From: Candidatus Multivoradales bacterium
GTDB taxonomy: Bacteria > Acidobacteriota > Thermoanaerobaculia > Multivoradales > J023
Direction: 5' to 3'
NCBI GenBank assembly: GCA_965248925.1
Contig: CBDFLE010000006.1
Location: forward strand, 4,096,001 to 4,160,000
DNA length: 64,000 nucleotides
Part shown: positions 38,873 to 48,500 of the stretch, one piece after another
Layout: the number at the start of each line of letters is the position of its first letter
Position numbering within the stretch: position 1 is the stretch's first letter
Notes under the pieces: generated by a model
Told to the model about the DNA's origin: nothing
Seen by the model: the letters and a program-made list of their open reading frames with translations, nothing else
Databases searched by the model: none
Position numbers and translations under genes: made by a program

Positions 38873-39517
38873 ATGGGAGAGAATCGGCAGCCTCCCGTCG
38901 CCGGCAGGGGGCTCGGCGAGGGGACTCTGATCCGTCAGCTGCAAAAGGGTGGGAAAGCGGCAGAAACCGCCTTTCAGCAGCTCTTCGTGGAGTACTACCC
39001 GCGTCTTTTCGCCTTCTTCCTGCGGCGGGGTCTGGCTCCTGATCTTGCAGATGATCTCATCCAGGAAACCCTGATTCGGGTCTACCAGAAGGTAAGGCTC
39101 TATCAGTTCGATGCTCCGTTCGAGCATTGGCTGTTCACCATCGGGATGAACGTGTGGAGAAAAGACTATCGCGCCAAGGCCGCTCTGAAGCGTAAGTTCG
39201 ACCTTGCTGACTCGCTGGAGCAGATGGAGCAGGCCTTTGTCGAGGAGGGCCGCCGAGGTTCGGCTTTGCCCGCCGATCCGAGGCTTGCTCCTGAGGCCGA
39301 GAGTCTGGCCAGGGAGTTGCGGCGGGTGTTGTTCGAGATCTCTGGCGGCCTTCCACCGCGAATGAGCGAGTGTGTACGCTTGTCGCTTGGGGACAAGACC
39401 CAAAGGGAGATCGCTTGCCTGATGAAGATCAGCGTCTCCACCGTCAAATCGCAGCTCCGGGACGCTCGCCTGCGTCTTCGGCCGGAGCTGGAACGGCTCG
39501 GCTTGACCTGGCCATAG
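38873..39517 (+). CDS. ECF-type sigma-70 factor
   Basis: Region 2 ADDLIQETLIRVY...FEHWLFTIGMN; region 4 LPPRMSEC...EIACLMKISVSTVKSQLRDARLRL. Confidence 0.9.
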   Translation: MGENRQPPVAGRGLGEGTLIRQLQKGGKAAETAFQQLFVEYYPRLFAFFLRRGLAPDLADDLIQETLIRVYQKVRLYQFDAPFEHWLFTIGMNVWRKDYRAKAALKRKFDLADSLEQMEQAFVEEGRRGSALPADPRLAPEAESLARELRRVLFEISGGLPPRMSECVRLSLGDKTQREIACLMKISVSTVKSQLRDARLRLRPELERLGLTWP

Positions 39518-39539
39518 GACGAAGGCTCAGCGAATCACC

Positions 39540-40298
39540 ATGAATGCCAAGAGAACGATCCGTGAGCAAGCTAGAGTGTTGCGTGCCGAACTCGGTCTCG
39601 CGCCGACTCCCGAGGAGCTGGTGAGCTACTATTTCGGCGAACTCGACGATGCCAACCGGCGGCGGATTCGGGCTTACCTGGCGGTCAGCCCGGAGGCCGC
39701 TGAGACGGTGCTCGACATGGCTCGATTTTCAGAGCTTGAGCCCGACTCAGCGGAGCTGCCGGACCTCGAGGCCAGCTGGCAGCGCTTGCGTCAGCGAGTG
39801 GCGGAGCTACCTTCGACCGAGCCAGTCGAACCGGCATTTGAGGTGGCGTCGATGCCGCAGCAGACGCGACCGCGCTCGTGGCAGCTAGCGGCGATGCTGG
39901 TGCTGGGTCTCGGCCTGGGCTGGCCGCTCACTAGCTGGCTGCGCGGGCCGGCGATCGCTACTCAGCCGGCCGAGGTAAGCCTGAGCGACGTGGTCAGCCG
40001 TGGCGGTGATGAATCGACTCTGGTGGTACCGACCGACGCCGACAGGGTGATAGTGCGGCTTAGTCTCGGCTCGCGCGAGCTTGCCGACTCTTGGCAGTTG
40101 GAGATCTGGCGGCGGCGTGACGCCACGGCCAAACGGGTGCGGCAGCTGTCGATCTCGCGCCAGCCGGGAGGGAGCTTCACCTTCACGTTACCCCCCGATC
40201 TGTTGCCCACGGGCAACTACGAGCTACGCCTGTTCGGCACCTCGGCCGGCGAGCGAACCCGGCGGGCTAGCTACGAGCTGGAGGTCGAGCGGCGATAG
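39540..40298 (+). CDS. Putative anti-sigma factor (degenerate zf-HC2-like N-terminus, TM helix, extracytoplasmic Ig-like domain)
   Basis: PTPEELVSYYFGELD...IRAYLAVSPEA; WQLAAMLVLGLGLGW; LPTGNYELRL; follows the sigma gene. Confidence 0.7.
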   Translation: MNAKRTIREQARVLRAELGLAPTPEELVSYYFGELDDANRRRIRAYLAVSPEAAETVLDMARFSELEPDSAELPDLEASWQRLRQRVAELPSTEPVEPAFEVASMPQQTRPRSWQLAAMLVLGLGLGWPLTSWLRGPAIATQPAEVSLSDVVSRGGDESTLVVPTDADRVIVRLSLGSRELADSWQLEIWRRRDATAKRVRQLSISRQPGGSFTFTLPPDLLPTGNYELRLFGTSAGERTRRASYELEVERR

Positions 40299-40319
40299 AT
40301 TGGGGCGGCCTCCCCTCGA

Positions 40320-41657
40320 TCAGGGGCGGCTATTTACGGATCCCTGCCTGGTCGCCAAGTCCCGCGCCACAACTTTCGCAACGGCCGCGGCCACTATGCG
40401 ACTCCCCGTTCGATTGAAATGGCAACAGTCGTCGGTGTAGAGCGGCTCTTCGATTTTGGCAAATACCGTGCTGAGATCTGCGAAGCAGACGCCGGCAGCT
40501 TTCAGCGCTTGCCCTGCTTTTCGCAGCATCGGATAGCCAAGCTTGATCGCTTCTTGGTATGGGCTTTCTTGATGAATCGCCACTTTCGCTTCTTCGGCGG
40601 ACAGTGGTTTGCCGCCGAGATCGTATTGATTAGGTTGTAGGAAGTGGCAGTAGGTGATTCCGTTGGCTCGCGATAGGTGGTGCATTTGAAGGGAGCTGCG
40701 CTGCCACACATCGACCAAGGAACTTAGCAAGGCGTCAGTGTTGTCTGCTGTCGTGAACGGCCCCTGGAGGGCGTAGTGCTCGCCGGCGGACGCAGAATCT
40801 CCTATCGCTTGTGCGAGCTCCTTGTCGGTCGTCGCCAGCTGCCGGTCGATGCTGAGCCAGATGACGTTGGATATCGCCAGGGACCGGGGGACTGGCAATT
40901 CAAATCCTCTGGCGATCGCAACCCTTGTCTTACGAAGCGCATCTCGCCGTGAAAGCAAGCGCAGAAACGAACGTGAGGAAAGCCCTTCGACGCGCTGTCG
41001 CCAGGCGCGTGGATAGGGCGGAAAAATACGATGTTGGTAGTTGTCGAACCAGCTTAGCGCCAACTCGTTGAAGCCGTCGAGGTTGACGATGATCTCGATC
41101 TCCTCGCCGAGCGTCAACAGGTAGTTGAGAGTCATCAATGCCTGGGGTTGTTTGTAACCCCCAAGGGCGAGGCTCCTGACACCGATCGAGCCGAGCTCGG
41201 GCCGAGCTGCGCTGAGGATCTCGGATAGGGCATCTCTTCCGTGAAAGGAAAAGAGCATCGCGACCGAGCCGCCAAAGATGCCAAGGCTGGTGTCCTTGTC
41301 TGCGTACGCCGGCTGTTCGCCGGGAAGTCGAAGAAATCCCAGGCGGGTGACTTCGAGCATGCCGTTGTCGCGCCGCTTCTCGCGCTGGTTCGCTCCTGGA
41401 TCGAAGACAAAGCCAAGGTAAGGGTGCAGAACTTCGTTATCGAATCCCCGGATGTCTGACTCGAACTGATAGGCCAGCCTCCCGTCGCCTAGCTCGTCAA
41501 CGAGCTGTCGTCGTAGAGCTGACACTTCGCCGATGGACTGCTCGGGGAAAGCGACTCGGGCAAGCAGGCGCGCGCCCACCTCAATCGCACCGAGTGTGGT
41601 GAGCCCCATGAGACAGTAGAAGACGAACTGTCTTCTGCCGCTGGTCGCCATTCTCAA
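40320..41657 (-). CDS. Membrane-anchored SGNH/GDSL-like hydrolase domain protein
   Basis: N-terminal TM helix; IFGGSVA, LDGFNE, LQP, DDCCHFN (DxxH). Confidence 0.7.
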   Translation of the reverse strand: MRMATSGRRQFVFYCLMGLTTLGAIEVGARLLARVAFPEQSIGEVSALRRQLVDELGDGRLAYQFESDIRGFDNEVLHPYLGFVFDPGANQREKRRDNGMLEVTRLGFLRLPGEQPAYADKDTSLGIFGGSVAMLFSFHGRDALSEILSAARPELGSIGVRSLALGGYKQPQALMTLNYLLTLGEEIEIIVNLDGFNELALSWFDNYQHRIFPPYPRAWRQRVEGLSSRSFLRLLSRRDALRKTRVAIARGFELPVPRSLAISNVIWLSIDRQLATTDKELAQAIGDSASAGEHYALQGPFTTADNTDALLSSLVDVWQRSSLQMHHLSRANGITYCHFLQPNQYDLGGKPLSAEEAKVAIHQESPYQEAIKLGYPMLRKAGQALKAAGVCFADLSTVFAKIEEPLYTDDCCHFNRTGSRIVAAAVAKVVARDLATRQGSVNSRP

Positions 41658-41714
41658 CCTCCTGGGCAGTTTCTGGAATTGGGCCGGTCTAGCTGGCCCA
41701 ACTTCGAGAGCATC

Positions 41715-42130
41715 TTAGACCACCCGCCGCAGACGCAGCTCGAAGGTGGCGCCCCGAGGGGTGTCGAGGCAGCGCAGCTCACCGCCTTGGGCACGAGCTA
41801 GGTGGCGCGCCAAGCTGAGGCCGAGGCCGACGCCAGGGGTCTTGCCAGCGGCGTCGTGGGCGGCGCGGTGGAAGGGGCGAAAGATGCGGCGGCGTGCCGC
41901 TGGAGTCAGGCCGGGGCCGCCATCGCTCAATCGCAGAAGCAGGTGTCGCGGTTGGCTGGTGAAGGTCAAGACGAGGGGCGCTGCCCCGTATTTGCAGGCG
42001 TTGTCGACCAGATTGAGCAGGATACGGCTGAGCGTTGCGGGCTCGGCCAGTACCGCGGTTGCGGTGTGAAGGTGCAACCCTTCGATCTTGAGTTCCAGGC
42101 CGGCTTGTGTGGTGCGTTCTTGGAGGGTCG
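41715..42130 (-). pseudogene. C-terminal HATPase_c fragment of a sensor histidine kinase
   Basis: N box NLVDNACKY, G1 DGGPG, F box IFRPF, G2 GVGLGL; no H-box or sensor upstream. Confidence 0.75.
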
Positions 42131-42345
42131 GCAGAATGCCGAGGGATCGGGGTGCCACCCTTCTCGGGGACGGCCGATGAACCTGTAGGGGCGACGCATG
42201 CGTCGTCCTCTTACATGTTGTCTGCCTAGCCTTCGAGCGCCACATGCCCGGCTTTGCTCAGCTTCCAGAACAGCAGCTGGGCGTCGAGCTTGGGCATCGG
42301 GCATTGTTGCGGGATGGACTTGAGGTCGTAGCGGCCCGAGCTGAG

Positions 42346-43974
42346 TTACCCGCAACGGTGTAACAGCCGGCAGCCGGCCAGGCTGATGATCAGGATCAGA
42401 AGCAGCCGGCCCCACCGGCCGCTGGCCGGGATCTCGATGACGGGCAAACCCCCCTGGACGACCTCCAGCCGCTGATTGGCGGCCAACGGGCCGATAACTT
42501 CGACCTCACCATCTGGCCAACGGATGGTGAGCTGGTCGATGGCAGTGGCCGCTCCGAGACCAAAGCTCAGGGTCGCCGGATTCTGCGATACGTAGTTGCT
42601 GCCGGCGCGAATCTCGCGTAGCTGGCGATGGCCGCCGGCGCTGAGTTCGACGCGCGCACCGATCGCTTCGCTGTTGCCACCGGCACCGCGCAGCCGCAGA
42701 GCGAGAAATGATCTCTGGTTGCCGCCTTCGTTACGATAGAGCAACGGCGGACCGCCGTGGTTGGCGACTAAGATGTCCAGGTCGCCGTCTTGGTCGTAGT
42801 CGAAGCAGACCACACCGCGGCCCTGGCCGGTATGGTCGAGGCCGAGTTCGGCGGCGCGCTCGGTGAAGGTGCCGTCACCGTCAGCCACGAACAGGCGAGC
42901 CGGGTCGTGGTGGAAATCCACCGCTTGCAAGGCTTGGAAGCCGTTGGTGTGGAACAGATCGAGGTGGCCGTCGTTGTCGAGGTCGGCCAGGCAGGCACCC
43001 CAGCCCCACCAGCCCTGGCTCACCCCGGCCTCCTCGGTAGCGTCTTCGAAGCTGCCGTCGCCGAGGTTTCGGTAGAGGCGGTTACCGGTCGTGCCCCAGT
43101 TGCCTTCGGCTTGTCCATCGGGGTCCCAGATGCTCGAAACAAACCAATCGAGGTCGCCATCGGCGTCGTAGTCGCCGACCGCCGAGCCCATCCCGTTTTC
43201 ATCCGAGATCACCGCCGAGGTGACGATCTCGAAGCTGCCGTCGCGTCGATTGAGGAAGACCTGGCTGGTGCCGAAGTCACCGGCCACTACCAGGTCCGGC
43301 CAGCCGTCATCGTCGAGGTCGGTGAACGTCGGCGTGAAGCTCCAATCGACTTCCTGGTAGGCGGGCGCGATACCGGCGGCAAAGTCGACCGGTGAGAAGG
43401 TGCCGTCGCCATCGTTGCGCCACAGGTGGTTGCGGAAGAACTCCTGCACCCCCCAGCGGCTGACGAACATGTCGAGATCTCCGTCCCGATCATAATCACC
43501 AAAAGCACGGGAGAAGGTGTCACCGCCCGGCAGCTCTTCGAGAAGCTCGAATCCGGCGTCGCCGAGGTTGCGGTAGGTACGGGCCGGCGCGCCGGCGATA
43601 CCGCCGAGCACCAGGTCGAGTCGGCCGTCGCCGTCGAGGTCCGCGAAGGCTGGGCCGACACTGACTCCGCCGCCGTCCGGCAGCGCTACCAGCACCGCCT
43701 CGAAGGTGCCGTCTTGGCGATTGCGGTAGAACAGGTCAGGACCCTTGCCGCCCCGAACCACCCACAGATCCGGCCAGCCATCGCCGTCCAGATCGCCAGC
43801 GGCAACACCACCCGAAACCAGATGAGCCTCGGTCAGCGGTTCGCCGCCAAAGCCGTGCTCGTAGGTCAGCCCGGCAGCGGCGGCAACCTCGGTGAAATGC
43901 CACTCGGCGGCGGCTGGCCGCGGGGCCAGCAGCAGCGCCAGCACCGCGAGGTGCCGCCTCAGGTGCCGGCTCAC
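42346..43974 (-). CDS. CRTAC1-family FG-GAP/ASPIC-UnbV protein with IPTL-CTERM-like tail
   Basis: Signal peptide; repeated D-x-D-x-DG-x-x-D motifs; NSEAIGARV, GSNYVSQ, FGLG, IRWPDG; tail IEIPASGRWGRLLLILIISLAGCRLLHR. Confidence 0.9.
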   Translation of the reverse strand: MSRHLRRHLAVLALLLAPRPAAAEWHFTEVAAAAGLTYEHGFGGEPLTEAHLVSGGVAAGDLDGDGWPDLWVVRGGKGPDLFYRNRQDGTFEAVLVALPDGGGVSVGPAFADLDGDGRLDLVLGGIAGAPARTYRNLGDAGFELLEELPGGDTFSRAFGDYDRDGDLDMFVSRWGVQEFFRNHLWRNDGDGTFSPVDFAAGIAPAYQEVDWSFTPTFTDLDDDGWPDLVVAGDFGTSQVFLNRRDGSFEIVTSAVISDENGMGSAVGDYDADGDLDWFVSSIWDPDGQAEGNWGTTGNRLYRNLGDGSFEDATEEAGVSQGWWGWGACLADLDNDGHLDLFHTNGFQALQAVDFHHDPARLFVADGDGTFTERAAELGLDHTGQGRGVVCFDYDQDGDLDILVANHGGPPLLYRNEGGNQRSFLALRLRGAGGNSEAIGARVELSAGGHRQLREIRAGSNYVSQNPATLSFGLGAATAIDQLTIRWPDGEVEVIGPLAANQRLEVVQGGLPVIEIPASGRWGRLLLILIISLAGCRLLHRCG

Positions 43975-45119
43975 TCGCCCGACGAATTGGTCAGCAGGTC
44001 GAACCCTGGACTATTGCGCGGCGTGGTCAGGAATACCGCGGTATCGGCTATTCGCTTCTGAACACAGGCCAGCGAGCGATTGCCGGCCGGACAGCGCGAA
44101 CTCACCAGTTGACGCCAATCGACACAGGCGGTATCGAGCTCCGCGAGCACTTCGGAACCGGCGCCGGCGCTACCGATCTCCGCCACCACGGCCTCGATCA
44201 GCAACCGCGCGGTCGCTACCCGGCAGCTGTCGCCGGACAGGTCGACGTGCCTTTCAGGCGCCGGCTCGTCCGGATGCTGCTCGTAGTGACAGAAGTAACC
44301 GTAGAATCCCGGTGAGCCGGACAGAACCAACAGATCGGCTACCTGCCGGCCAAGGCTGTAGGCTGAGTAGGACAGGTCGAAACCGAGCTCGAGAACCCCG
44401 TTGACGAGCTCGCCGTCCGGCGGTCCGCCACCCAGCTCAGCCGGTCGCAGCATGGCCTCTGACCACATCCGGACACCCTCGGACAGCAGCTTACGATCCT
44501 CGTATCCGAGATTGGAACCGGTCCGCGAGCCGCTGCACAGGCCGTCGCAGATATCGCCGCCCCAAGCGCCGATATGTGGAATGTTGCAGCCCGCACCGGG
44601 CACCCCTTCCGGCTTGACGTCCATCCAAGTGCAAAGGTCTTCGGTGGAGAAACCGCCCGGACCGTAGTCACAGAAGCTACCGCCGGCGCAATCGCTGGAG
44701 AAGTAGCAGGTGCAGCCATCGCGCAGCGGCTCGGTCTCGTCCCAGGCCGCGGTGTCGCCGGATGCGAAGGTATCGCCGAACACACCGACGACGGTGATCG
44801 TTCCGGTCATCCCCGAGCCGCCGTGAATCTCGCACGCATAGGGGTAAACTCCGCCCTTGTGGAACGTGTACGAGTACACCCAGAGGTCGGTCGACGGCGG
44901 TCCGCTGCCAAAGCTGCCGTCGTCCGCCAGAACGTTGTGATTGCCGCCGTCGTTGGTCCAGGTAACCGTGTCGCCGACCTCGATGGTCATCTCGGCCAAG
45001 ACGAAGGACAGGCCGGAGATGTTGACGGTGTACTCGGTGGCGCTCGCCATGGCCGGCAGCGCAAGGGCAACGGCAACCGCACAGAGCTGGAGGAACAGAG
45101 AGTTCTTCGCATCGCGCAT
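43971..45119 (-). CDS. Secreted plastocyanin/azurin-like cupredoxin fused to a Cys-rich domain
   Basis: GDTVTWTN, HNV, YACEIHGGSGMTG (type-1 Cu ligands H, C, H, M). Confidence 0.82.
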   Translation of the reverse strand: MRDAKNSLFLQLCAVAVALALPAMASATEYTVNISGLSFVLAEMTIEVGDTVTWTNDGGNHNVLADDGSFGSGPPSTDLWVYSYTFHKGGVYPYACEIHGGSGMTGTITVVGVFGDTFASGDTAAWDETEPLRDGCTCYFSSDCAGGSFCDYGPGGFSTEDLCTWMDVKPEGVPGAGCNIPHIGAWGGDICDGLCSGSRTGSNLGYEDRKLLSEGVRMWSEAMLRPAELGGGPPDGELVNGVLELGFDLSYSAYSLGRQVADLLVLSGSPGFYGYFCHYEQHPDEPAPERHVDLSGDSCRVATARLLIEAVVAEIGSAGAGSEVLAELDTACVDWRQLVSSRCPAGNRSLACVQKRIADTAVFLTTPRNSPGFDLLTNSSGE

Positions 45120-45327
45120 CGGTAGTCTCCTAGTCCGGGATTAGCTTGTTAGCTCGCGGGATCGATTGTCAGACTTAGAGGATATGATGCCACTCACGAA
45201 GACGATCTGCAAACTGCCACCGGACGCGCGTGGTTTCTGGTATTAGTTCGCCCAACCGGGAGGTGCGCAGCTCATCGCCAAGCCTGATTGAGCGAGCGGC
45301 GGAGCCTGGGCAAGATATCATGGCCAG

Positions 45328-45465
45328 ATGTCACGCCGGACTCAACAACGCGATGCCATTCGCCAAGCTATCGAGACCACCGACCGGCCCTTGGGCCCGC
45401 AGGAAGTCCTCGATTACGCACCGCGCCAACTGCCCCGTCTGGGCTTGGCGACGGTGTATCGCAAC
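45328..45465 (+). pseudogene. Truncated Fur-family regulator (DNA-binding N-terminus only)
   Basis: RRTQQRDAI...RPLGPQEV...LGLATVYRN, then loss of family resemblance. Confidence 0.65.
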
Positions 45466-45586
45466 AGCCGCTGCTTTTTGGGCTGGGGTGGGACGGCCCC
45501 TTCTTGGCATCGCGCCTACCGGCTGTTCGCCAATCTGCTCGCCGGCGGCCGTTAGGCAGGAATTGGGACCTGCGCAGTACAGGGCA

Positions 45587-48500
45587 CTAATGCAGAGCCA
45601 CCTTGATGCGGGGCTCTCCCTGGGCGAGCACAGTCGCCATCCAGGATCGCCCGTCGGGGGACCGCGCCTCGACCGTCCATAGGCCCGGCGGCAGGCCGTC
45701 GATCACCCCGACCCCGGCGCGAATCTTCCAGGCGTCGCGCAAGGCGCCACCCTCGGCCAGAGTCTCGACACGTCGCCCATCGGCGCCGACGACGACCAAG
45801 GCAGCGAGCTGATCCGAGCTTGCCAGATCCTCGACCGAGACTTCTAAGCGAGAGCCGGGAATCAGCTGGACCTCGACCGGAGGTCCCGGCACCGAGGCGG
45901 TGATCGTCGTCAGGCTGGCGCCCGGGGCACCGATCGCCACCTGCCATTCTCCCGCCGGCACGGTGGCCAGTTGGCAACGACCCTGGCTATCGAGAGCGCG
46001 GGATTGTTGCAACACCTGGCCGGTCGTGGCATGGGTCAAACGCGCGCTAAGCCATGCCGGTGGCCCACCCACTGCCCGCACCAAGAGCTGCAAGCCGCGG
46101 GTCGCGGCGAGCTCGATCCGGAGATCTTCGAGCTCCTGTCCGGCGACCACCTCGATCTGGGCGCTGTGCTCGGCAAATCCTTCCTTGTGCACGGTCAGCT
46201 GGTAGTGACCGGCAGGCACCCGCGGAATGAAGAAGGAACCGTCCTCGTGGCTCCCGTGGGTCACCAGGAAAGGAAACTCCCGAGGCCTGGTGACTACTCG
46301 GCGAAGCGCCAGCAAGGCGGCGCTGAGAGGGGTACCGCTCTGACTTTCGACCACCGCTCCGCTCAGACTCCCGGTCTCGAGGTCGATGGTCATCGTGCGG
46401 TCGGCGTCGAGCAGGATCTCCTCGTTGTGCACCAAGCGCTCGTGGCCGTGTCGCAGGCTCAAGAGATAGGCCCCGGGGCGCAGGTCCTCGATCTCGAAAC
46501 GACCGTCTTGGTCGGTCACCACCCGGCGGGCAACCGCCAGCCTGTTGCCTTGCAGGGTCACGTCGACCGCCGCCAGTCCGTCTTCGCCGCGGATCACCTG
46601 GCCATCCAGGTTGAGCCGGCGCTCGAACTCGAGGTCCCGTTCGATGTCCGAGTCGCCGGCACCGAGCAGCAGGCGCGCCTGGGTGTGCCGTGCTCCATCG
46701 CCCCTTGTCGCCCGCAACAGCCAGCGGCCCGGCGCCAGATTCTGCACTTCGAAGTTGCCGTCGAAATCGACGGTCCCCGATTTCGCCCGACCGGCACCAG
46801 TCTCGGCCTCGATTCGCACCCCGCTGAGCTCGGTGGGCTCGAGACCCAAGACCCGGCCATGGACTCGAACACCACGATCAAAGATCAGCTGCAAGGCGCT
46901 GCCGTCGGTATCAGGAACCACGACCGGCGCTTCGAGCCGGGCATCGGCAAGACCGACCAGCTGGCCCTCGAGTTGGTACTCGCCGTCGTCGACCGAGGGA
47001 AAGGAAAACCTGCCCCCAGAGTCGGAGGAGGTCGAGTAGAACCGTCCACCGGAAGCCGGCACGCGCAAGGTGACGTAGGCTCCGGAGAGTAGTCGGCCTG
47101 CTGCATCTACCGCTTCGCCGAGCACCTCCTGCCCTTTTTCGAGGGTGAGCGTCAGGGTGTTCTCGCCTTCCCCTACCTCGATTTCCTGTTGGATTTCCCC
47201 ATAATCAGGATGCTTCGCGATCGCGGTCTGCTCTCCCGTCGGCACGCCGGCGACCCGGTACTGTCCCTGCGCGTCGGCGGAGGTTCCGGCGTCGGCGACC
47301 TGGACATGACTCCGTGGCACCGGCTGTCCATCGCTGTCGATGACCTCGCCGGTAACCACCGCACCGGCAGACAGCTGGTAGTCGACATCCTCGACCACGG
47401 CACCTTCCGCGATCGTTAGCCGGCGCTCCTGCGGAGACACATAGCCCGCGGCTCGGATCCAAATCCTGAGCTCCCCGGCGGGGATTCCGAGCACTTCGTA
47501 GAACCCTTCTGGATCGGTTTCGGTGCCTTCGAGCCGGGGTCCGGATCGCATCGCTCGGCCGCCGGTCGCCGGCAAGGGCTCGGAATGAGCCATCGCCACT
47601 CGCGCGCCAGCTACCGGTTCACCGTCGCCAGAGGTCACCCGGCCGCGAATCGCCGCCGCCGGACGGAGCACGACCTCGATCGCGCTGCCACCGGCGCGCA
47701 CGGCGGTGAAATGCTGGTCGAGATAGCCCTCCTTGGCGACCCGGAGTCGCAACACGCGGTCTCTGCCAAGGTCGTCGAAGCGTAGGGTTCCGTCCTCACC
47801 GGTGAGAGCCTGGCGCAAGAGTTTCTCCCGCCATTCCTCGACCGGGACCAGCAGTTGGACACGGGCACCAGCGACCGGCAGGTTAACCAGGGTCGTGACT
47901 CGAACCGCCACGCTGGCCCCTTGAGGCAACACCAGATCTCCCAGCGCCGTATTCTTGCCCGCGACGATTCGAACTCGCTGCAAACGCACTGGTGCGTAAC
48001 CCGACGAGCGCAGCTCGACCTCGCACAGTCCGGGTGGCAGACCCTCGACCAGCACTTCGCCAGCCGGCGACGACTCGGCCGTCCAAGTGCGGGCGCCGCG
48101 CTCCTCCCGCGACGGCCAGACGCTCACCGCCACCGCCGCGACCGGCGCACCGTCCGAATCCAGAACTCTGCCGGTCAAGGTGGCTAGAGCGGTCAGCCTC
48201 AACCGCGGCTCGCCTGCCGCGCCGACTGTCCACGACAGCGCCGCGGTGCCCAGAGTCCGATGCTCGGCCAGCAGCTCGTAGGTGCGGCCCTCGGCCAGGC
48301 CTTCCAGACTAAAGCGGCCGTCAGCCTCGCTGAGGGTTCGCGCGGCCGCCGAGTCGGTCCGGTAGAAGGTCGTTGCTCGTTCGCTCTCCCGGGCTGACAC
48401 GGCAACTCCCGCGACCTCTCCCCCGGTGGCATCGAGCACCCGGCCGAGCACCGGGCCCGCTGCCGGCAGGCTCAAGCGGGTCGGCTCGCCAGCCGCTGAC

